A DNA stretch of 62,772 nt, counting the filler, from Chrysochromulina tobinii (Eukaryota): assembly GCA_001275005.1 (NCBI GenBank). It is 7 parts of 7 records of this genome, joined end to end, with 100 filler letters (N's around TTAATTAATTAA, not from the genome) between each part and the next. Parts side by side here need not be neighbours in the genome. Positions count along the whole stretch, not along the records: positions 24,581 to 39,228 come from JWZX01001134.1; positions 39,329 to 56,880 come from JWZX01001137.1; 5 more parts are not named here. The stretch is one strand, 5' to 3'. A program made the translations under genes and the position numbers. The notes under the pieces were generated by a model. The model had not been told where the DNA came from. It saw nothing but the letters and a program-made list of their open reading frames with translations, and searched no databases. This document shows, in pieces, positions 28,564 through 39,850 of this stretch (positions within the stretch are counted from its first letter, which is position 1; each line of letters opens with the position of its first letter).

Positions 28564-31500
28564 ATGCTAGCCCTTCGACGAGTGGCCGGCCTCTGGGGCC
28601 GGCCAAGGTGCCTGTTTTTGCTGATGCTCGTCTTAAACGCTGCGCGTGCTCACTGGCACGAGAGGTGGGAGTACGGCGCGCTGCACAATTACCCATGGTA
28701 CGGTCAGGATTGGGTGCATTCCGTCACCGACTTCTACTGTGATGACACGTGCGAGGATCGGCTCATGCTCGCGACGACCATCGACCGTGAATTCAAGGCG
28801 CTCGTCGATATCTTTAACCAGACGACGGGCGGACCTCGTGATGTTTACCGTGGCGCCTTCGAGGGCCACAATCACACAATCGCTGCACTTGGCATGGCAG
28901 CAAGGCGTGCGGCAAGCCTCAACCAATGGAAGCGAATGGACGGGTGGGAGACCATCCTCACCGCGCACACCTCGACCTCTGCACTCTGCACGGCGCTCAA
29001 ACTCGAGGGCAACGTCAGTTTCACGCGCGAATTCTGCTACGAGACCATCAACGCTTCAAGCCAGGGACCACTTTTTCCAAACCCTCGCTGGTCGATCATC
29101 GAAGATTGTTGCCTGAAGTTCAATCGGACGATCGGGCATGGACTCAGCGCCTTCTTCTGGACAGATGAGTATGCTGAAGCGCCCACCTGCGCCATGAACG
29201 GCGTTGTACCGCGCGATCCCGCAGGTTATCTTATACCTCCGCTTGGCTGCAAGATGGTCTACGGAATGGGGCTCGTCGTCGGCCGCTACGGCCGCATCTT
29301 GCGCACCGAAGACGGCGGCCACAACTGGGAAAACGTCGCATCGCCCACAACGGCGCATTTGCACAGCATCTCGATGAATGTGGAGAACACAAAAGTGTGC
29401 GACCGTGCTTTGCACGTGGCTAGGCCACTGACGTTGCCGTCTAGTTTTCCATGCTCCCTGCTCGTTCTTCACTCCTGCTGACTCGTTCTTGCTCCGCACG
29501 TGCATGGCAGTCGGGTCCTCGCAACAACTATGACCCCAACGAGGACACAGCGTGGGCAGTCGGGGAAGCGGGCACCATTTTGCAAACCGACGATCGAGGA
29601 CGGAGTTGGCGAGATATCACGAATGATGTGATTAGCTCACTGGGTACCAACTTGCTGCTCAACGGCCGGCGCCTGAACACCATAACTCTGCGCTCCGTGA
29701 AGCACCATAGGACAGGCCAACAAGTACAGCCACTCGGCGGCATCGGAGTGAGTCGGCCTGCCATTCGGGTGCTCGTCGTGGGAGACGAGAACACGATCCT
29801 GCGCTACGAGCCATGCGCTGTGACGAGTGGCGCCGAACAAACTTGCTACGGGCAGTCCTTTCGATGGATCGACATGTCGATCAGCTACTACGAGGACTAT
29901 TATGGTGATCTGTACGACGTGCACTTCTTCAATCCGGTTCAACCGACACAAAACCCCAAACCGCCCCTTGCCTATGCTGTCGGGAAGTTCCGCGGTCGCG
30001 ATGGCAGTGCATTCGCATATACGCGGCTCAACAGCCAGTATGGCCAGCTCGTCGTGCTGCGTCTTACAGCGCACGGACAAGTGCAGCCGCAGAATTCCCC
30101 ACATGGCTGGTCGAGCAGGGCGTCGCACACGTGCATCGACGCCAACGGCTACGGGTGCTGGACCATCGTGACACCTGGATGGACTGAAGGACTTACCTAC
30201 GAGCAAGGCTTTGACCAGAATACGGACGATCCTCCGACATGCTGTTCAACGGCACGCTGCTATTACCCCGAAGACTTCATCAGCTGCTTCCCGTGGCCCA
30301 GCGGCGCGCTCGCCGTCAGGGATCGGGCGCTCCGTGCGATCAAGTGCAGGCGCGCAGATAACGCAAAAGACGGCAATGACCTGTGCGTGGTTGTGGGCGA
30401 CCGCGGAGGGGTGTACGTCACCAGCGTCGGCTTCTCGTACAACTCCCAAACGAGCGACGAGACTCGCCAGCTCTGGACGGATTTCACGCGCCATGGCGCC
30501 GCGGCCACGGCCAACCGATCCTCCAACCTTCTCACGGTGTCGCGAATCAACTGGGACGACGGGCAGCTGCGAGCGGCCATCTTTGGAGGGACAGGCGGCG
30601 TGGTGCTTCACGTCGTGCCGGATCTGGTGAATGATTTCCTCGTCCTCGAGATTCAGGAGACTAACACCATCGATGACATCATGTACATCGCTGAGACCGA
30701 TCGGACGGCATCGAACGACGAGTTGCCCGACAACTACGCACTCGTTCTCGGTAGCCAGTTCTACGACGAGTACAACGTCACGTACAACACAACTGCGCTC
30801 ATCCTCGATCCCGAGGGTACCGTGAGGATCGGTGGCCGCAATTTCTCGATCGGCATCGTTGAGCAGAATGATCGCCATCCCCCTCGGTGGAGCTCCATCT
30901 TCCGGCCGCCCACCGATCCCAGGTGCCCTGGCAGCGCAGCAGCATCTGCGATTGATGAGTTCGGGTTCGTCGCGAGAGGCATCTGTCCCGCATTCCCCAA
31001 TCGGCGCACTGCGAGCAGTGGCCCAATTGCCAGGACCATAGGGGAGGCGCGCGGGTATCCTCCCGTTCTGCAAACCGGCCTGGAGATGATGAGCCGGTAC
31101 TGTGTGTACGGATGGGCCAAGGGTAACCCAACGACGTGCATGGAGCCTTTTGCTTACGGCCCCACCATCGCGGAGAATCTGCAAGGCTTCCACGGTTCGC
31201 CAGTCTGGCAACCCGATCCATGCCAAGACTGGTGCCAAGCGTGGATCGTCGACCCGGACAAGAACACGAGTGTGCCGGTGGTCGACTGGACGGCCATTTC
31301 CGATCCATGTGAAGACGCATGGTTCGGCGTCACCTGCACTGAATCTGATGCGAGTTACGCCAATGGCCGCTGGGTGACAAGGTACTACTCCAACGCCGAC
31401 GACTTGTGGAAGATGAGCGCGCGCAGCCAGTCCGAGGCCAGCAGCCGCGGAGTGCCGCTTGCCGGGTGGCGAAACATGTCCAGGGTAATGACGGTGACCG

Positions 31501-33998
31501 ACTTGTGGCTCTATTCCAACGCGCTCGGTGGGCCGGTTCCCCTTTCGATCGCCAACCTGAGCTCGATCAAGTACCTTTCGTTCGGCGCAAACCACCTATA
31601 TGGAGCTCTGCCTGAGGACGTGTGGCTCAACCTGACGGCGCTTGAGTACCTCTCATTTGCAAACAACAACCTGACCGGAGAGCTCCCGGCCTCGTTGGGC
31701 AACCTGACAACTCTTGAGGAGCTGCGTCTACATCAGAACTCCTTGTCGGGTGACATCCCTGAGAGCTTCGGTGATCTTTCCAGCATACGCTCACTCTCGC
31801 TGCACACGAACAACTTAACTGGCACGATTCCTCACTCCATGTGCAATCTGTCGCACTTGCAATACCTGTGGCTGCAAAACAATCGTTTCACCGGCGCTCT
31901 GCCGTCAGAGGTCGACAAGCTGCAGAGCCTGCGCTACCTCTGGCTGTACACGAATTTGCTCGACGAGCCGCTGCCGGACTCCATGGGGCAACTCACGGCG
32001 CTATCGGTGCTCGATCTCTCGGACAACGTGATCCCAGGACGGATCCCAAACAGCCTCGGCAATATGGTGGGCCTGCGGCAGCTGCGGTTAGCGCGCAATC
32101 GATTGATGGCGGAGCTGCCCGACTCGCTCAGCTTTCTGCACTCACTCGAGGTACTCGATCTGCGTGGCAACCTCATCAGTGGGCCGCTCCCTGACTCGTT
32201 GGGAAATTTGAATCGACTGCGCTACGTGCATCTGCAAGACAACAGCTTCGAAGGCTCGATCCCTAGTGGTGCTGTCCACGGGCTGCGGGAGGTGCAGCGC
32301 ATGGAGCTGCAAGGCAATCTGCTCTACGGGGAGCTCCCAGAGGAAGTGGGTGAAATGGTTTCTTTGCGCTTCCTAAACATCTCGAGTCAACGAGGCACGA
32401 TCCGCTTCAGCGGCCAACTTCCGCGGCGCATGACGTTGCTCAATACGCTCGCGGAGCTGCACATCGAGCACAACCAATTCGATGGCACGCTGCCGGAGCG
32501 CATCTGGCGGATGGAAAATCTCGAGCTCCTCACCGCTCATAACAACAAGCTCAAGGGTCCCATTCCACATGGCGTCGGTTACCTCAAGAATCTGCGCGAG
32601 CTCCTTCTTTACAACAACGAAATCGATGGGACCGTGCCCGACACATTCGATGGAATGGCGTTCGCAACCCGCATCGCGCTTTACAACAACCGGCTGGAGG
32701 GGACACTGCCTCCCACGCTGGGTCACATGCCGCGACTCCGATTCTTCGATGTACGAAGATCAGGATCGTCGAACCGAGCGCCCCCCTATTGCACCTAAGA
32801 GCGTTTCTTGACACATCTAGACCCACCCTCGACCTGCTAGCCATACGAGCCCAGCGAGCTAGTTCTGCACGCACCGCTGACGTGGTTGATCGATTGCTCA
32901 TTGCCGCAGGCGCACAATAATCGCATTTCGGGCTCATTGCCGACGACCATCGGCCTGCTCGACGACCTCGAGCAGTTGGTGCTGCAACAGAATGCTCTGA
33001 TAGGGCCGCTGCCGACAGAGATAGGCGAGATGCGCGCCATGCGCATCCTCGACATCTCGCGAAACAACCTCACGCACCCGGTGCCGAGTGAGCTCGGCAG
33101 GCTCAGCACACTCGAGCGCCTCAGCCTCAACGACAACGTTCCCGGTCTGCGTGGGTCAATCCCCACCACACTCGGCGGGCTCAACGCACGGACCGTCGAG
33201 CTCTCGAATAACGCACTCAATGGCGAGCTGCCCACCTTCCTGCAGACGTTTCAATCTGGCCGGTTGGTCCGAATCGCGGGCAACCCCTATTACTGTCCCC
33301 TTCCAACATGGTCGATCCCGACCATTTGGTCCATGAGTACGACGTCAGCCAACCAAGCGCCCCCTCCGCCGCTGAGCGCCTATGCGGGCATAGCGTGCAG
33401 GCACTGCCATGACGAAGACTACAACGCGGATGGCACGCTCAAGTACACGTTGCGGGACTTTAGAGGCAACGTTCTTCCTGATTACACCCGGAGCTGCTCT
33501 GGCCACGGCATCTGCATCGACGGTGCTGTTTGCAACTGCGAACCAGCGTGGCGGCACGGCAGCTTCGATGATTGCTCGCATCTTGCATGCCCAACCACGC
33601 CAGTGCTGCTTCCTAATGGTGAGACTATTCAGGCTGTCTGCAAGAATATTGGAACGTGCTATAATAGCGTATACATGTACAACACGACGCAGGTCTCCAC
33701 TCAGGGCGCGTGCTTCGACGGCCCATCAACCTTTTTTACGCCCGAGTCCTTCGTAGGCGAGGATTATGTGTCGCACTACGTTCAGTGCGCGCTCAACAAG
33801 GTGACGATCGCGCGTTGCCAATGCCCCGAAGGCACCGCTCAGCCAGATTGCCGAGCAATTGTGGTGGAGGACGCCCAGCTGACGGTGCTTTCGGCAGCGC
33901 CCAGGGCAACCACGACGCCGTCGCTGACAGCGTCCCTGCTCGCCTCTGGCCTCGCGCTGGCGGCAGCCGCTGGGCTGACGATACAGCGTCGAATGTGA
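28564..33998 (+). CDS. ~1719-aa secreted/surface protein: signal peptide, Ycf48/BNR-type beta-propeller, ~22 plant-type LRRs, EGF-like domains, C-terminal hydrophobic (GPI/TM) tail; exons 28564-29394, 29511-32750, 32910-33998
   Basis: [49 protein letters not shown] (LRRNT-like), LxxLxLxxNxLxGxIP repeats and [19 protein letters not shown]; splicing restores an intact LRR ([13 protein letters not shown]). Confidence 0.88.
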
Positions 33999-34294
33999 GC
34001 TCGTGCGACACTCATTGAAGCTGAGTAAACTGTAGCTCCCCCATCAACTGGAAGCACCGCTTGCTTTAACCCGCTTGCGGTAAAGGAATCACTGCGAAAT
34101 ACAAATTCGTGCGCTCCTAATTAAGAGAGTCGAGAGGTGCTTACTGCGTAAGCCGCGTTTGGGAAAAAGCGTGAGCCGTGTGAGGGAATTGTGTTGCTGT
34201 CTCTCTCGAAACGCTTAGCTCGGCGCCTTTTTAGTTTGGAAACGAAAAATCCAAAAACATTTTGCTTTGGTTGCGAGCGGAAGCGCCCTTGCAG

Positions 34295-35251
34295 ATGCCG
34301 CCCCGCACCAGCTCGATCACCAGCAACTACGCTCAGCTCGATGCGAACAGCGACAAGTTCAATCTGTCGCTTGGCGACGCAGCCGGTATGAGCAATGCCA
34401 ACATGAAAAACCTCGCCGAGATGGCGGGCATCCATGGCGGCGACCAGCGCGATGGCAAGGCCAACCGTGTGGCGCAGTTCAGCACAGATGATCACCTGTA
34501 CGTGACGGGCGCGGGCCGTGTGCTCGAGAAGGACGGAGGTGAGTTCAACACTGCGCCGAAGCAAGGGTATGTCGCGCTGAAGGCACCTATCGAGGCTGAC
34601 AGGAAGCGCTTCGAGGCCGCCAAGGCAGCAATGCACTCCGGCAAGGCCCGTGATGCCGATGGTACCATCGACCGCATCGATGATTCGGTCTCGATTAAGC
34701 TGATGCCTCTGCTGTACACGCTCAAGAGGCGCTGCGAGTCCGAGAACATCGAGCTGAGCTCGATCTTCTCGGAGGCGGGTGGGACGCACTTCGGCACCAT
34801 CAAGCGCCAAAACTTCCTTTCGGCGCTCCGCGAGTGCTTCAAACGCCTGCTCCTCGAGGAGTCCACGCTGCAGGCGATCGTCGACGCGTATGGGTGCGGC
34901 TACAAGCACCCGGGCGTGCCCTCACGTGGTGAGCCACCCCAGTACGAGTCGGTTGGCTGGAAGGATTTCTGCGAGGACGTGAGCAAGTCGTATGACACGA
35001 CCAGGGGTCTCGCCGACGAGATCTCCAAGATTCGCTCGGGCATCATCTCGCCGACAAAGCTTGGGCTCTCGCACATCAAGCAGGAGAACATTTGGGGCGA
35101 TTCCGCCTGGGACGAGGTGGAGGAGTGGACGCAAGTCGAGGACGATGGCGCGATCTGCGTCAACCCCTTCAAGGTCTCTGGCTCGATGGTTGCCGACCAG
35201 AACAAGTTTGATGACCATGTGCTGGCGCACGCTTCCTTCGTCAACCACTGA
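34295..35251 (+). CDS. Hypothetical protein with degenerate EF-hand-like pair
   Basis: Long ORF with coding-like codon bias; FSEAGGTHFGTIKRQNFLSAL...VGWKDFCEDV. Confidence 0.6.
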   Translation: MPPRTSSITSNYAQLDANSDKFNLSLGDAAGMSNANMKNLAEMAGIHGGDQRDGKANRVAQFSTDDHLYVTGAGRVLEKDGGEFNTAPKQGYVALKAPIEADRKRFEAAKAAMHSGKARDADGTIDRIDDSVSIKLMPLLYTLKRRCESENIELSSIFSEAGGTHFGTIKRQNFLSALRECFKRLLLEESTLQAIVDAYGCGYKHPGVPSRGEPPQYESVGWKDFCEDVSKSYDTTRGLADEISKIRSGIISPTKLGLSHIKQENIWGDSAWDEVEEWTQVEDDGAICVNPFKVSGSMVADQNKFDDHVLAHASFVNH

Positions 35252-35979
35252 GCGATGACCAAGTCTCTGCTGTGTCGGACCGCCGTCTCGCAGCCGAGGC
35301 AGATGAGCGCGATTGGCGTGTGAGGAGGCGCATGCACACACCCGGGGGCGAAATGACCGTCGTGATGTGCATGACTCTGCGGGTCAACATGCTCGATGCT
35401 GGATGCTGAGTGGATGATGCTATCTTTGTTGTGCTTGTTGTGCGCGCGTGTGTGTATCCGGGCAGGGATGGCGGCGTGGCCTGTGCACGTCCGCAGTGCA
35501 AGAGATGACCGTTAGCGTGAGAGAGCCTCGTCGCTCGATCCGTGCGTCGGCGCACCACGGCGCACGGGCCACCGCGCTCGAGGTCACGTATTAAGGTCAC
35601 GTACAAATCTATGAGCGCGCCTCAAAACGGCGCGACGTTTCCTACGTGCAGTGGTGCCGCGCTGGCCCGCGCGCGCGCCCGGGATGGCGGGAAACGAGCC
35701 GGGGACCGCACAGGCGAACGCGGCGCGCGCGCGCGCGCGCGCCCCGCGCGCGGACCCGCGTCGCGGGGGCGAGACTTGAAAACCGGGTAAAACGAGCAAA
35801 GCCATTCTCCCGCTCCACGACTACCGCTTAGACTACGAGTACAAGTACCGCCGGGATAGTTACGGCGAGAGACTGAGGCGCAACGTCAGCGATCGTCCTT
35901 CGTACCGCCGCACCGGTCGGCGCGCCGGCGCGTTCTTCAACACGGGCCTGTGCACAGAGGCTCTCTGGCGTGGCTGACA

Positions 35980-36618
35980 TCACAATGCTGTGGAGCGTAC
36001 AATCTCAGCATGCTTAGATGCTATCTCTTCGTAGTTGAATAGCTCCTTTGACCTGATGGCGAAGATGGCCCCCGCCGTATCAACGAGGCAGCCAAGTGCG
36101 GCGAGGGTCGCATGATCCCGTGCGCCGTTGAGCATATCCACGGCCTGCTGCAAGCAGATCTCATCCACACCGTCCACGTTGGACGCGGCGAGTTCGAGCA
36201 TGGGCTCCTCGAGTGCCGTGAGCATCGCCGTGAGGCCTATCACGAGCGAGAAGAAGAGCATGCATGAGCCGTATATGTACAGCAGGTACTGATGACGCCA
36301 ATGCACTGCAAGCAAGCCGCACCCAATGACGCCGCCACCGAGCATATGTAGAAAGATGCTCCGCGCGCTGACGTACACGTCATGGCATGTGTCACACTCA
36401 ATGATCACTGATCCAGAAATTGGCACGGCGACAGCACACTCCACCCGGCGCATTTGCTGGAGGAGCCCGATGATCAGCACCGCGATTTGTATGAAGCACA
36501 AGGAGACGAGCAGGCGTGGCGAGGCACGAAGGCCGCAATATGTGCGCTGCAGCGAATTGAAGTGGTCGATAATCGCCTCAAGCCAAGGGGGCAAATGGCC
36601 GCCTTCAATCCACGCCAT
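35980..36618 (-). CDS. Small 4-TM membrane protein (tetraspanin-like topology), 212 aa
   Basis: Four hydrophobic segments after ATG 36618 (MAWIEGG...); the upstream part of the listed ORF is antisense to the next gene. Confidence 0.65.
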   Translation of the reverse strand: MAWIEGGHLPPWLEAIIDHFNSLQRTYCGLRASPRLLVSLCFIQIAVLIIGLLQQMRRVECAVAVPISGSVIIECDTCHDVYVSARSIFLHMLGGGVIGCGLLAVHWRHQYLLYIYGSCMLFFSLVIGLTAMLTALEEPMLELAASNVDGVDEICLQQAVDMLNGARDHATLAALGCLVDTAGAIFAIRSKELFNYEEIASKHAEIVRSTAL

Positions 36619-36762
36619 TTTTAGGTCGATGTACAACAAGTTCTCAAGTTTCGGCGTCTCGTAGATGGTTATTGCACTGTGTTTCGGCTCTGAAGGTGTC
36701 CGCCTCCCCCCAAATCTGAACATCCAGATCTCTCGAAGCCCGCCTGAGGTACAATTTGTGCC

Positions 36763-38586
36763 ATGAACCTTCTTTGGAGCCTCGCCATCATCGCGCTGCG
36801 TTCGGCTGTGCATCCGCTTGCACCACACGTGACCGCAGCTCGCCGTTGCGGCCGTGCTCCCGCAACGGCCGCGCGCGCCGTCTTCGCCGAGGACACGACG
36901 TCTTCCTCCTCTGAGGCGAACCTGCTTGGCCGCGTGGTGTCCACCGGCTCTCTCGAGGGGCTCGTAGTTGTGCGTCCTGAGTCGCGGGAGCTCGCACGCG
37001 TCGGCAGCCTTCTCAGCTTTGGCGGCGGTACCACTGGTGTGATCCTCGCGGAACGCTGCGGCTTGTACTTTGCCAAGGCCACGGATGGCATGCCACAGGT
37101 AGACGAGCCTGCTACGCTGCTGCTCCGCAACCTCACGGTCGCCACGCACGACGCCGACGCGAGCGTCGCTTGGGGCGGCGTGTACAACTATCTCGGCGAG
37201 CCTCTGCGCGAGCAGGATGGTGTGCCTCGGCCACCGACGTCTATGGTCACCGTCTTTGACGAGCCTGTTTCTGCAGCTCGCCGGCGGCCGATTGGCACGT
37301 CGCTGCACTCCGGCGTCGTCGCAATCGACGCGCTTACGCCCATTGGGCGTGGGCAGAGTATGGTCGTCTTTGGCCCCGATGGACTTCCTGCGGGCTGCGG
37401 ACGCACTGACCTCGCGCTGCGGCTGCTTTCGGCCCAGCATGCACTGAAGACCAATGTCAAGTGCATACTCGTGCTCGCCGGAAGCGAGGGCGAGCGCACC
37501 AGCGCCCTCACGGCGCTGCACGAGAGCGGCGCGCTCGAGAACACAAAAGTCCTCGCGGCGACGACGGCACTCGAGGGCATCGTCGCCGCTTCAGCCGCGT
37601 GCTCCATCGCCCAGTCGTGCGAGGACGAAGACGTGCTCGTGGTCGTCGACTCGCTGCGTCCCCACCTGCAGCTTTGGAAGACAATGGTCACGCAGCTGCA
37701 GGTGCAGAGCGTGCCGGTAACCCCCGAGGAGGAAGGATCGCAGCAGCGCGGCTACTATGCAAAGCTCGTGGAGCGCGCCGCACGACGCAAAGACGGTGGC
37801 TCCGTGACGCTCGTGCTTCTGCAGCCGTCCGTGAGCATGCTGCCTTCTTTGGCGGCCGTTGCCAAGGAGGCGTACACGCTCGCCGACTTCGAAGAGGTCG
37901 GCTTTACGAACGCGGTGCGCTCGCGCGTGAAGCTCCTCGAGGCGAAGGGCATCCAGCTCACAAAGGAGGTGCTCGTCAAGGTGGGCATCCCGCTGCCCGG
38001 TTCCGAGCACCCGGCAGCAGGCCGCGGCCAGCGCTCGGCACAGCACCTCGAGGAGCTCACTTCTCTGGTCGACGGTCACATCGACCTGCGCGAGGGGCTT
38101 GCGGCGGTGGGACGCGTTCCGCCCATCGACCCGGCCAACTCGCTGACACGCATCGGCGTGGGCTCCTCGAAGCTTCGCCCGCTTTCACAGAGCGCAGCGA
38201 TGGCCGACGTCTGTGGACCGCTCCGCCTAGAACTGGCCTCGGCCTCGGACTATGTGCACTGCGAGGTTGCACAGGCTCGCCGCGCCTCTGCATACCTGGC
38301 CGTGTTGCAGCAGACCGAGCTGCAGCCGCTGCCTCTTGGCGACGAGGTTGCTTTACTGCATGCAGCCTCCACGGGCGCGCTCGACGAGCCCGTAGCTCTC
38401 GCAGGAGAGGCAGGTGCGCCTGAGCTGCTGCGCGGCCTGCGCGCACACTTGTTGGCAAAGGAACCCGAGCTGCTTTCGCGCATCAGCCAAAGCGGCCTAT
38501 TGGGAGACGCAGCATCCCGCCGACTCGGCGAGCGCACGGCAGAATACCTCGAAGAAGCGTCGAAAGCTTCACAAGCAGCACGCTAG
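36763..38586 (+). CDS. Divergent F1-ATP synthase alpha-subunit-like protein with N-terminal targeting presequence and degenerate Walker A
   Basis: SLHSGVVAIDALTPIGRGQSMVVFG, LVVVDSL, DGGSVTLV, LTSLVDGHIDL...VPPIDPANSLTRIG and LRLELA; the P-loop reads GPDGLPAGCGRT. Confidence 0.82.
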   Translation: MNLLWSLAIIALRSAVHPLAPHVTAARRCGRAPATAARAVFAEDTTSSSSEANLLGRVVSTGSLEGLVVVRPESRELARVGSLLSFGGGTTGVILAERCGLYFAKATDGMPQVDEPATLLLRNLTVATHDADASVAWGGVYNYLGEPLREQDGVPRPPTSMVTVFDEPVSAARRRPIGTSLHSGVVAIDALTPIGRGQSMVVFGPDGLPAGCGRTDLALRLLSAQHALKTNVKCILVLAGSEGERTSALTALHESGALENTKVLAATTALEGIVAASAACSIAQSCEDEDVLVVVDSLRPHLQLWKTMVTQLQVQSVPVTPEEEGSQQRGYYAKLVERAARRKDGGSVTLVLLQPSVSMLPSLAAVAKEAYTLADFEEVGFTNAVRSRVKLLEAKGIQLTKEVLVKVGIPLPGSEHPAAGRGQRSAQHLEELTSLVDGHIDLREGLAAVGRVPPIDPANSLTRIGVGSSKLRPLSQSAAMADVCGPLRLELASASDYVHCEVAQARRASAYLAVLQQTELQPLPLGDEVALLHAASTGALDEPVALAGEAGAPELLRGLRAHLLAKEPELLSRISQSGLLGDAASRRLGERTAEYLEEASKASQAAR

Positions 38587-39328
38587 GCGCCGTTGCCTAC
38601 TGCGCAAATCGAAAGAAGATGTGCGCGCAAGGTGCAGGCGTGATTGACATGGCAGATGTCCAGCTAGTATCCAGCGCGCTGGCAAGATCGGGACTGTGGC
38701 ACGACCTTTAGAGCCGAGTACCGCAAGTATCGGAGCGAGAATTGACAACCACACGTGCGACGTGCTAACGTGATGGCTGCGGGCTCGCGATGAACTCATG
38801 CAAGTAATTGGACGCGCCAACCTGAATCCCTTTCCTAGGATTCCTACCACCCTACGAGAGTCTGTGCTGAACCGAACACACGTGTCTCACATGTAATAAC
38901 GATCTACGATGTCGGGGACGTCGCGCGGTCACGGTATCGCTATCGGTAACGTTGAAAATATTGTGCGTGAGCTGCCTGTGCGCTGTGTCCAAAACTCTAA
39001 ATACATGTAGAAAATTCTTCCCCACCCCCGGTTTCGTCTGAATACCGGGAGGGAAGCCTCAGAGATTAACCGCCAGCGTGAAATTAGCGCGTGCGCGAAA
39101 CGATAGGAATTTGCGGTGGTGCCCGATTTCCGACTTGTCTGTCCGTGTGTCCGTGTGCCAGTCTGTCGTCCCAAATTTGGGAGCACAAAAGCGGGCGCTT
39201 CAGCTCCTTCGAACCGCGTTCCCAAATTNNNNNNNNNNNNNNNNNNNNNNNNNNNNNNNNNNNNNNNNNNNNTTAATTAATTAANNNNNNNNNNNNNNNN
39301 NNNNNNNNNNNNNNNNNNNNNNNNNNNN

Positions 39329-39433
39329 TCGACAGGAACTCGACAGGCTCGACAGGCTAGGCCTCGACAACGGCCTCGACAGCGGCTCGACGGAGCCTCG
39401 ACAACGCCTCGACAGCTCGACAGCTCGACAGCC
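39329..39433 (+). repeat. Cluster of 10 TCGAC cores (mostly CTCGACA) at contig start
   Basis: Counted directly; irregular 8-15 bp spacing. Confidence 0.8.
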
Positions 39434-39850
39434 AGGGCTCAATACGCGGGGTTCAACGAGCCGCGTCGTCCGGGTCGTGATATCCCTCAATCCTGATATG
39501 TGATAATCGATTACGTCCGTGGCGCGCGGCCCGCGGCGGGTCCGAACCGGTCGGGTGTGGAGGCTGGAGCGTGTGGAGGGGACTCAACCCGCGCGCGCGC
39601 ACGGACCGCTCATCGCTCACGCACTGTCGATCCGGCGACTGCCGACTCGGAACGCAGTGACAGACCACACGGGGACCCCCGGACACACCGCGACCGACGT
39701 TTCAACTCTCCTCTCTCCACCGACTCCACGCCACACCGGTTTCGACACCGCTTACTGTAAGACTCACAGCTGACTGTCGCAAGGGCCACACGCAACGTAT
39801 CCGGCTTCCAATCAGCCGTTGTTACCAGCGCAGACGAGGGCAGCCAATTT

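Noticed and set aside
35660..35765. (CG)n-rich self-complementary stretch
   Set aside because: Simple dinucleotide low complexity, expected in a GC-rich genome.
36619..37521. 513-aa minus ORF apparently overlapping the F1-alpha-like gene
   Set aside because: Only the part from ATG 36618 looks like a real membrane protein; the remainder is antisense read-through.
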